Shown piece by piece: positions 1 through 10,450 of a stretch of 64,000 nucleotides of DNA (its first letter is position 1; every line of letters begins with the position of its first letter). The DNA comes from the human T2T-CHM13v2.0 reference genome, Homo sapiens, in NCBI RefSeq assembly GCF_009914755.1, contig NC_060948.1. One strand, given 5' to 3'. The position numbers and the translations under genes were made by a program. The notes beneath the pieces were generated by a model. It made no database searches. It had not been told where the DNA came from and was given only the letters and a program-made list of their open reading frames with translations.

Positions 1-3000
1 TTCAAGAGGTTGGCGAACTCCCTCTCCTAGCCAAGGGAAGCAATTAGGGATGGTACTGTGCACTTCCGCCCAGATATTGCACATTTCCCACCATCTTCAC
101 AAGCTGCAGATCAGGAGAATCCCTTCAGTGCCTATTCCTCTAGGGGCCTGGGTTTGCGGCATAAAACTAGGAAGCTGTTTGGGTAGATAACAAACAATCC
201 ACAGGAGTTTGTTTTCATACCCCACTGGCACCTGGGATGCCAGTGGAAAAGAACTGTTCACTCCCCTGGAAAGGGGGCTGAAGCCAGGGAGCCAAATGGT
301 CTGGCTCAGTGGGTCACAGCCCCATGGAGCCCAGCAAGCTAAGATGCACTGGCTTGACATTCTTGCACCAGCACACCAGTCTGAGTTCAACTTGGGATGC
401 TCAAGCTTGGGGGTGGGGAGGGGCATCTGCCTTTGCTGAAGCTTGGGTAGACAGCTTCACCCTCACAATGTAAACAAAGCTGCAGGCAATTTCAAATTGG
501 GCACAGCCCACAGAGGCTAGGCAAGGCCACTGGAACAAGACTGCCTTTCTAGATTCCCTCCCATTGGGACAGGGATCTCTGGAAAAAAGGCAGCAACCTT
601 AGTCAGAGGCTTATAGATAAAACACATCCCTGGGACAGAGGACCTGGGGAAAGGGGAAGTTGTGGGAACAGCTTCAGCAGACTTAAACATCCCTGCCTGG
701 CCATTCTGAAGACATTAGGGGATCTTCCAGACATCGTTCACTAACTGATAAGGAACAGTCTGCCTCCTCATGTGGGTCCCTGATCCCCATGTATCCTGAG
801 AGGGAGACACCTCTCAGTAGGTGCCAACAGACACATCATACAGGAGAGCTCTAGCTGTCATCTGGTGGGTGCCCCTCTGGGATGACACTTCCAGGGGGAA
901 GAACAGGCAGCAATCTTTGCTGTTCCCCAGGCTCTGCAAGTGATACCAGAGCAAACATGGTATGGAGTGGACCTCCAGCAAGCTCCAGTAGACCTGCAGC
1001 AGAGGGGCCTGACTGTTAGAAGGAAAACTAACAAACAGAAATGAATAGTATCAACACCAACAAAGGACATCCACTCAGAGACCCAATCAGAAGGTCACTG
1101 ACTTCAAAGGCCAAAGATAAATAAATCCAGGAAGATTGGGAGAAAACAGTGCAAAAAGCCTGAAATTTCCAAAAGCAGAATGGTTTTTATCCTCCAAAGG
1201 ATCACGACTGCTCACCAGCAAGGGAACAAAACTGGATGGGGAAGGAGTTTGATGAATTGACAGAGTAGGGTTCAGAAGGTGGGTAATAACAAATTCATCC
1301 AAGCTAAAGGAGCATGTTCTAACCCAATGCAAGGAAGCTAGGAACATTGAAAAGAGGTTAGACAAATTGCTAACTAGAATAACCAGTTTAGAGAAGAAAA
1401 TAAATGACCTGATGGAGCTGAAAAACACAGAATGAGAACTTCATGAAGTATACATAATTATCAGTAATCAAATTGATCAAGCAGAAGAAAGGATATAAGA
1501 GATTAAAGATCAACTTAACGAAACAAAATGGGAAGACAAGATTAGAGAAAAAAGACTGAAAAGAAACCAACAAAGCCTCCAAGAAATATGGGGCTACGTG
1601 AAAAGACTAAACCTACATTTGATGGGTCTACCTGAAAGTAACGGGGAGAATGGAACCAAGTTGGAAAACACTCTTCAGGATATTATCCAGGAGAACTTCC
1701 CCAACCAAGCAACGCAGGCCAACATTTGAATTCAGGAAATACAGAGAACACCACAAAAATAATCCTTGAGAGGAGCAACCCCAAGACACATAATTGTCAG
1801 ATTCACCAAGGTTGAAATGAAGGAAAAAATGTTAAGGGCAGCCAGAGAGAAAGGTCGGGTTACTCCCAAAGGGAAGCCCATCAGACTAACAGCAAATCTC
1901 TCAGGAGAAACCCTATAAGACAGAAAAGAGTAGGGGCCAATATTCAACATTCTTACAAGAGCTCGTGAAGGAAGCACTAAACATGGAAAGGAACAACCGG
2001 TAACAGCCAGTGCAAAAACATACCAAACTGTAAAGGTCATTGTCACTATGAATAAACTGCATCAACTAACTGGCAAAGTAACCACCTAGCATCATAATAA
2101 AAAGATCAAATTCACATATAACAATATTAAATATGAACAGGCTAAATGCCCCAATTAAAAGACAGACAGGAAAATTGGCTAAAGAGTAATCCATCAGTGT
2201 GCTGTATTTAAGAGACCCTTCTCACATGCAAACAGGCACATAGCCTCAAAATAAAAGGAGAGAGGAATATTTATCAAGTAAATGGAAAATAAAAAATTAC
2301 GGGTTGCTATGCCATCCTCTGTTAAAACAGACTTTAAACCAACAACAATCAAAAGAGACAAAGAAGGGCATTACATAATGGTAAATGAATCAATTCAACA
2401 AGAAGAGATATAATAAATAAATATGCACCCAATTCAGGGGCACCTAGATTTATAAAGCAGGTTCTTAGAGCCCTTCAAAGAGACTTAGACTCCCACACAA
2501 TAGTAGTGGGAGACTTTAACACCCCACAGTCAGTATTAGACAGATCAACAAGACAAAAAATTAACAACGAGATTCAGGACTTGAACTCATCTGTGAACTG
2601 AGCAGACCTAGTAGACATCTCCAGAACTCTCTCCCCTAAATCAACATAAGGTACATTATTCTCTGAACCACATTGCACTTATTCTAAAATTTACCACAAA
2701 ATTGGAAGTAAAACAGTTCTGAGCAATTGCAAAACAATGGAAATCATAACAAGCTCTCATATCACAGAGGAACCAATTTAGAACTCAGGATTAAGAAACT
2801 CAAAACTGCAAAACTACATGGAAACTTAACAACCTGCTCCTGAGTGACTGCTGGGTAGACATAAAAGGCAGGCAGAAATAAAGATATTCTTTGACACCAA
2901 TGAGAACAAAGACTCAATGTACCAGAATCTCTGGGACACATTTAAAGAAGTGTGTAGAGAAAAATTTATTGCACTAAATGCCCACAAGAGAAAGGAGGAA

Positions 3001-4178
3001 AGATCTAAAATTTACACCCTAGACTAAATGAAGCTTTCAGTTTTAGGTCATGCCTTTGAAATACTTAAAGAGAAATTTTAATGTAATACATTTACGAATG
3101 CAATTTTAAAAAAGGAACTAGAGAAGCAAGAACAAAGCAATTCAAAAGCTAGCAGAAGATAAGAAATAACTAAGATTCAGCAGAACGGAAGGAGTTAGAG
3201 TCACAAAAACCCCTTCAAAAAATCAGTGAATCCAGAAGCTGTTTTTTATAAAGATTAAAAAAAAAAAAGGATAGACCACTAGCCAAGCTAATAAAAAAGA
3301 AAAGGAGAAGATTCAAATAGATGCATTAAAAAATGATAAATGGCAAAACACCACCGTTCCCACAGAAATACAAACTATGATAAGAGAATACTATAAACAC
3401 CTCTCACCTCTACTTAGGTAAATAAGCTAGAAAATCTAGACAAAATGGATAAATTCTTGGATATGCACAGCCTCCCAAGACTAAACCAGAAAGAAGCCAA
3501 ATCCCTGAATAGACCAATAACAAGTTCTGAAATTGAGGCAGCAATTAATAGCCTACCAACAACAAAAAAAAGGCCAGGATTATATGGATTCACAGCTGAA
3601 TTCTACCAGAGGTACAAAGAGGAGCTGGTAACATACCTTCTGAAACTATTCCAAACAATAGAAGAAGAAGGAATCCTCCCTAACTCATTTTACGAGGCCA
3701 GCATCATACTGATACCAAAACCTGGCAGAGGCACAACAAAAAAAGAAACTGTCAGGCCAATATCCCTGATGAATATTGATGAGAAAATCTTCAATAAAAT
3801 ACTAGCAAAGTGACTCCAGCAGCACACCAAAAAGCTTGTCCACAACAATCAAGTCAGCTTCATATCTGGGATGCAAGTCTGGTTCAACACCTATAAATCA
3901 ATAAATGTAATCCATCACATAAACAGAACCGACGACAAAAATCGCATGATTACGTTAACAGATGCAGAAAAGGCCTTGACAAAATTCAGCATCCCTTCAT
4001 GCTAAAAACTCTCAATAAACTAGGCATTCATGGAACATAACTCAAAATAATTAGAGCTATATATGACCATCCCACAGCCAAAATCATACTTAATGGGTAC
4101 AAACTGGAAGCATTCCCTTGGAAAACCGGCACAAAACAAGTATGCTATCTGTCACCCCTCCTGTTCAACATAGTATTG
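1..4178 (+). mobile_element. LINE-1 (L1PA7-like), 5' part: 5'UTR (begins before the window), decayed ORF1 (~1135-2033) and N-terminal ORF2 (endonuclease, start of RT)
   Basis: ORF 3445-3813 is L1 ORF2 ([16 protein letters not shown]...[18 protein letters not shown]). The DNA is colinear with the L1 at 35531. Both start codons are mutated and there are many stops. Confidence 0.95.
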
Positions 4179-5177
4179 TGTGGTAGGCAAGCCACCCAGG
4201 TGCCGAGACGAGAGACCGAGGACATGAGCTCTTCCAGTATAATAAAATATACAATAAGAATAGTTATACCAGACATAGATCTTAGATATGATTATATATG
4301 AATATCATTAATCAATAGTGGGTAACAATTACTCTTTATTCCAATATTATAATAATCCTCACTCTATAATCATAACCCAGGAAAAGCCAGGCCATACAGA
4401 GATAGGAGTTGAGGAGACATAGTGAGAAGTGACCAGAAGATAACAGGGTGAGCCTTCTGTTATGCCCAGCCAGGGCCACCATAGGGCTCCTTGTTCTAGT
4501 GGTAACTCCAGCATCTGGGAAGACGCACATTGCCAAGTGGACCATGGTCTAGTGGTAGACTTAAGTGTCAAGGAAAAACACCCGCTACTTAGCAGACCAG
4601 CAAAGGGAGTCTCCTTTTCCCAGGGGGAGTTTAGAGAAGACTCTACTCCTCTACCTCTTGTGGAGGGCCTGACTTGTGAGGCCCACTTTCAGTTATCCAG
4701 AGGCCTAACAGTCTCCCAGTGATGCTGTGCTTCAGTGGTCATGCTCTAGTCTGCCTTCATGTTCCTTCTTGTACACCTGGCTCTGCCGTTTAGTTAGCGG
4801 TAGCAAATTAGTGAAAGTACTAAAAGTCTCTGATAAGCAGAAATAATAATGTAAGCTGTTTCTCTCTTTCTCCTCCCTCTCTCTGCCTTGGCTGCCAGGC
4901 AGGAAAGGGCCCCCTGTCCAGTGGACAAGTGATCCATGTGGCCTTACCCATCATTGGAGATGGCTCACACTCCTTATCCTGCCCCTTTCTCTTATATCCA
5001 ATAAATATCAGTGGCATTTGGGGCCACTACCAGTTTCCGCTTCCTGATGGTAGTGGTCCCCCTGGCCCAGCTGTCTTTTCTTTTATCTCTTTTTTATCTC
5101 TTGTGTCTTTATTTCTATGCTGTCTCATCTCCACACACAGGGAGAAACCCAGCAACCCTGTGGGGCTGGACCCTACA
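4179..5177 (+). repeat. 5' LTR (LTR13)
   Basis: Runs TGTGGTAGGCAAGCCACCCAGGTGCCGAG...GGGCTGGACCCTACA; AATAAA at 5000-5005. Confidence 0.93.
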
Positions 5178-5179
5178 TC

Positions 5180-5200
5180 TGGCGATCCGACGTAGGGCTC
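5180..5200 (+). promoter_or_regulatory. Degenerate tRNA-Lys primer binding site
   Basis: TGGCGATCCGACGTAGGGCTC, 2 nt after the LTR, versus Lys(CUU) PBS TGGCGCCCAACGTGGGGC. Confidence 0.75.
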
Positions 5201-5327
5201 TCCCTCACTGTGTGAAGTTGCACACAGAGTGTGGGATTCAATGGAGGATTTTGACCAGAGATTTTTGAGGATTGCGATCAATAAGCTTGGTGGTAAGCTT
5301 GAGAATTCAGAGTATTCTGGGGACACC

Positions 5328-5878
5328 ATGGGACAAGTCACTACTAAGTAACTGGACTCGGCTACAGTCACAGGCTCCCTTGAGGCCTGGTTCCTCTCCT
5401 CCTAATCAGGCTCTGTTAGAGTCACAGGCTCCCTTGAAGCCTGGTTCTTTTCCTCCTAAATGGATGCGGTTAGAGTCACAGCCTCCCTTGAAGCCTGGTT
5501 TCTTCCTCCTAATTGGACTCGGCTAGAGTCACAGGCTCCCTTAAAGCCTGGTTCCTTTCCTCCTACTCAGACCCAATTAGAGTCACAGTCTCCCTTGAAG
5601 CCTGGTCCACAGTTGCGATGGCAGCCTGAATTTCAGGCCCATGAAAGACCTGCTCAGCAGGTAATCTCATCTACCCTTGTGGCTCACAAGCAACAAGTTA
5701 CATACATTCCTCAAAATGACACTCCACTTGTGAGGGCTATAGCACAGGCAAGAGAATATGGGGGTCCCAAAGCCTGGCAATTTCCTGTAATTTTACAACC
5801 TCCAGTACCTGCCACCCCAGCAGCAGAAAATCACTCACAGCCTGTTGTTAGTCTTGCTCAGCAGGTGGCTGATCTCAT
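5328..5878 (+). pseudogene. gag: Retroviral gag remnant (MA largely deleted, Pro-rich repeats, start of CA)
   Basis: MGQVTTK* myristoylation-type start at 5328; AREYGGPKAWQFPV resembles the HML-2 p15/CA boundary EGDTEAWQFPV. Confidence 0.8.
5352..5606 (+). repeat. 54-bp tandem repeat, ~5 copies (18-aa unit WTRLESQAPLKPGSFPPN)
   Basis: AGTCACAG anchor at 5366, 5420, 5474, 5527, 5581. Confidence 0.95.
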
Positions 5879-7420
5879 GGTACTTTCATACTCTATGTTA
5901 ATATCTTGTTTTTCTACAGTACAACAAGCAGTTGCAGTAGCCTTTTTAGTTATTGCCCCAGAAAAAATCCAGACCTCTTCTCCTTATCACTATTTAGGAA
6001 TGCAGCTAAAAGACAAGGTTATTAAGCAACCCCCCCAAAAAAAATATATTGTTCCTCTCACCAAATTACAAGTTCAACAAACTTTTGCAACTTGCATCGC
6101 TTGCAAGTATATTTGGCAGGTTTCCTGGTATAATTGATAATAACTCTCCTAATGTAAAATTATTTCAGTTCCTTAAACTCACTTCTTGGATTTTATCTAA
6201 CATTACTAGAAATACCTCATTAGCTGAAGCTATCACTGTTTTCACTGATGCTTCCTGTAATGGCCAAACAGCATATACAGGGCCAAGAGGACGTGTTCTT
6301 ACCACAGGAACTATCTCAGCACAAAGAGCTGAGCTGCTTGCTGTTATGGCTGTCCTTGAAGATTTTCCTGAACCAGTTAACATTGTCTCTGACTCAGCAT
6401 ATGTCATACATGTTGCTCTCAAAATTGAAACTGCCTTAATCAAATTTGTGCCTGTTGATAATCTATTCTTTCTTTTTCAAAGATTTCAGTCTGTGCTCAG
6501 AGCAAGGTCTTCTCCTTTCTACATTACTCACATTTGGGCCTACACACCCCTCCCCAGACCCCTCTCAGCAGCAAATGCCAGAGCTGATATATTAGTTACT
6601 CCCATTTTTATAGATGCAGAAAATTTTCATGCTTTACCTAATGCCAATGCTGTGGGACTCTGAAAAAAGTTCCCCCTTACATGGAAACAAGCTAAAACCA
6701 TTGTATGTCACTATCCTACCTGTCAGGTGTGAATTTTACAGGCACTTTCTTCAGGAGTCAAGCCTGCAGGACTTTCACAGAATGCTCTCTGGCAAACGGA
6801 CATGACTCATTATCCTGCTTTTGGCAAGCTTTCTTTTATACATGTAACTATTGGTACCTTTTCTCATTTTATTTGGGTCACTTGTCAAATAGGAGGAAGA
6901 ACAGCTCATGTTAAATGGCATACGCTTTCCTGTTTCTTGGTTATGGGTTGTCCTGAGAAACTAAAAACTGATAACAGGCCCTGCTACACTAGTGCTGCTT
7001 TTAAAAAGTTCACTCAAACATGGGCAATTATTCATACAACTGGCATCCCCTATAATTCTCAAGGACAGGCCTTGGTTGAATAAGCCAATAAAACACTCAA
7101 AGATCAACTTTGAAAACTGGATACTAAATCAAAGGGAGACGCTGCTTCTCCTCATGCCCAACTAAATATGGTTCTTTTTACACTAAATTTCTTAAGTCTA
7201 ACAAGAAATCTACCTTTTACAGTGGCAGAACAACATTTCACTGGAAATAAATTTGATCCACAAAAATCAATGTGTGTACGGTGGAAGGATGCAAAAACTA
7301 ACACATGGGAATTAGGCACGGTCATAACTTGCGGTAGACGTTTTGCTTGCGTTTCCCCAGAAAAAGGACTACAGCCTGTGTGGGTCCCCTCCTGAAAATT
7401 AAAATTGCACCATAACTCCA
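5879..7420 (+). pseudogene. pol: pol remnant: RT fragment, connection domain, RNase H, integrase
   Basis: IAPEKIQTSSPYHYLG (RT); TVFTDAS..SAQRAEL..NIVSDSAY (RNase H); WQTDMTH..KTDN..ALVE (integrase DDE). Stops and frameshifts present. Confidence 0.93.
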
Positions 7421-7423
7421 AAG

Positions 7424-9441
7424 ATGAAATGCTCCCACAAACAAAAGGCAAAGACCCGTCTGAAACCAAAGAGCAACTTTCACCGCCTGACACATAAACT
7501 TCATGACCTCCACATTGAGACAAGATCTTGCCATGTGACATACAACACTGCTCGTTCAACTCCACCAACATGGGGTCAAATAAAGGTTTCATCTCATCAA
7601 ACAGAAAATTTCTTAAAAGAAAAAGTCACTCCAAAAACGACCAGTAATATGATTCTGGCTGCCTTTATGGTAGTCAGTGCAGCGTTAAGTATACCACCGG
7701 TTAGGGCAATACATAATTATACTTACTGGGAATATGTTCCTTTTCCCCCTCTAATTCGGTCTGTCTCCTGGATGGACTCCCCAGTAGAAGTTTACACTAA
7801 TAATAGTGCATTCATGTCGGTCTCTAATGATGATTGGTTACCAGCTCAACCAGAAGAAGACGGTATGCACTTTAATCTGTCAATTGGCTATAAATATCTA
7901 CCACTATGCATTGGGGTGTTGCCTGGCTGTTTAGCTTATTCTCACCAGAATTGGATGTGGACCATACCATCCTTTACAAATGATTCTTATTAAGTACATA
8001 ATGTGTTCAGGACCAATTCTTTTCAACTTCTCACTGTCAAACTTGCTCCTCATGAGGAATGGAGAGTTCCTGTCACTACCAAAATTAATAAAACAAAAGG
8101 ACTGCCAGACTGCCTAAAGAAACCTACAAAGGGACCTTTTATAGTGACTTCAATTTTATGGAATAATTGTAATGCTCCCAAGGCCATTGTGCTCCAAAGT
8201 CTAGCCATGGGTATTGTTATTCATTGGGCTCCAAAAGGGCATTAGTGTCAAGATTGCTCTGGCAAAAATACCTCATGCTTGGAATTTAATTATTTGTTAG
8301 ATTATATACAGGCTGAGACAATGGATGCCTCCTTACCCATTTAAATGGATGTACGCAGACACTGCTCCTCCTAGACCAAAAACGATTCATCCCTTTCTTA
8401 CCCCAAAACATCCTCAACTATGAAAATTAGCTGCAGCTATGACAGGAATAAGGATATGGAACACTACCTATCAATTCCTTCACACTAATTCCAAAACACC
8501 CACATTCAACATCACCTTCATATCTGAATGGGAGATACCCATCAGGAGCTGCGTCAAACACCCTTACATGCTGTTGGTTGGAAAAATAATTATCATTCCC
8601 AACACACAAACTGTAGAATGTGGTAACTGTAAGCTGTTCACATGCATTGATGCTACTTTTAATCCCACTACAAGTATTCTCTTGGTAAGGGCTAGGGAGG
8701 GGGTATGGATACCAGTTTCTTTACATCATCCTTCAGAGTCTTCCCTGTCTATTCACATAGTCAGTGAAGTTCTTAAAGGTACCCTCAAAAGAACAAGAGA
8801 TTTATTTTTACTCTTATTGCAGTCATTGCAGGACTAATTGCTGTTACTGCAACAGCAGCCGCTGCTGGAATTGCCATACAAAATTCTGTTCAATCTGCTT
8901 AATAAGTTGAAGCATGGCAAAAAAACTCCTCCAGACGTTGGAATTCTCAGGCTCAAATTGATCAAAAATTAGCTCATCAAATTAATGATCTCTGCCAAAG
9001 TGTAATCTGGCTGGGAGTTAGAGTTATGAACTTGGAACATCGTATAAAATTACAGTGTGATTAGAGTACTTCTGATTATTGCATAATGCCTTATACTTAT
9101 AATAAAGATCAACAGAGCTGGAAAAAGGTCTCAAGGCATTTAAAAGCCTGGGATGATAACTTAACCTTGGATATTTCAAAACTTGAGCAAATTTTTGAGG
9201 CATCACAAGCTCATTTATCCTCTCTTCCTGGCTCACACATTTTTGAAGGCATAACTAAACAATTATCTGATTTTAATCCCTTCAAATGGATCAAACCCCT
9301 TAGAGGATCATTGTTGTTACTGGCGTTCTTATTATTGTATGCTTATGTTGTCTCCTTTTGGTCTGCAGATGCCTCCAAGGAGCCCAAAACCACGTCTGAA
9401 GTCAATGACAAGCAATGATGGTGATGGCGATCTTAGTTAAT
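7424..9441 (+). pseudogene. env: Betaretroviral env, disrupted
   Basis: [37 protein letters not shown], furin site and fusion peptide [24 protein letters not shown] (~8787-8880), all HML-2 Env-like; several stops. Confidence 0.93.
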
Positions 9442-9455
9442 AAAAAGAGGGGAGA
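9442..9455 (+). promoter_or_regulatory. Polypurine tract
   Basis: AAAAAGAGGGGAGA abuts the TG of the 3' LTR. Confidence 0.9.
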
Positions 9456-10450
9456 TGTGGGTGGCAAGCCACCCAGGTGCTGAGGCAAGAGACAGAGGAC
9501 ATGAGCTCTTCCAGTATCATAAAATATAAAATAAGAATAGTTATACCAGATATAGATCTTAGATATGATTATATATGAATATCAATCATTAGTAGCAGTT
9601 ACTCTTTATTCCAATATTATAATAATCCCCTCTCTATAATCATAACCTAGGAAAAGCCAGGCCATATAGAGATAGGAGCTAAGGAGACATAGTGAGAAGT
9701 GACCGAAGACAAGAGTGCGAGCCTTCTGTTATGCCCAGACAGGGCCACCAGAGGGCTCCTTGGTCTAGTGGTAATGCGAACATCTGGGAAGACACCCATT
9801 GCCAAGCGGACTGCGGTCTAGCAGTAGCGTTAGTGTCAAGGAAAAACACCCTCTACTTAGCAGACCAGGAAAGGGAGTCTCCCTTTCCCAGGAGGAATTT
9901 GGAGATCACTCTACTCCTCCACCTCTTGTGGAGTGCCTGACATTAGTCAGGCCCACCCACAGGTATCTGGAGGCCTAACCATCTCCCTGTGATGCTGTGC
10001 TTCAGTGGTCATGTTCCTAGTCCACCTTCATGTTCCATCTTGTACTCCTGGCTCTGCCATTTAGTTAGCAGTAGCAAATTAGTGAAAGTACTAAAAGTCT
10101 CTGATAAGCAGAAATAACAATATAAGCTGTTTCTCTCTTTCTCCTCTCTCTCTCTGCCACAGCTGCCAGGCAGGGAAGAGCACTTTGTTCTGTGGACACA
10201 TGACCCATGTAGCCTTACCTATCATTGGAGATGGCTCACACTCCTTATCCTGCCCCTTTTTCTTGTATCCAACAAATACCAGTGCAGCCTGGCATTCAAG
10301 GCCCCTACCGGTCTCTGTGCCTTGGTGGTAATGTTCCCCCAGGCCCAGCTGTCTTTTCTTTTATCTCTTTGTCTCGTGTCTTTATTTCTATGCTCTCTTA
10401 TCTCCGCACATAGGGAGAAACCTACCAACCCTGTGGGGCTGGCCCCTACA
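9456..10450 (+). repeat. 3' LTR (LTR13)
   Basis: Direct repeat of 4179-5177, ending CCCTACA. Confidence 0.93.

Larger units (their letters stand above)
4179..10450 (+). mobile_element. HERV-K(HML-4)/HERVK13 provirus, internally deleted, two LTR13
   Basis: Two ~1 kb direct repeats TG...CA; 6-bp TSD GTATTG (4173-4178, 10451-10456); PBS, PPT and betaretroviral gag/pol/env remnants. Confidence 0.93.

Noticed and set aside
5352-5606. Repeat-spacer array next to a reverse transcriptase and integrase (retron/DGR/CRISPR-like system)
   Set aside because: The whole 54-bp unit is repeated in a gag frame, and the enzymes are ordinary retroviral pol remnants.
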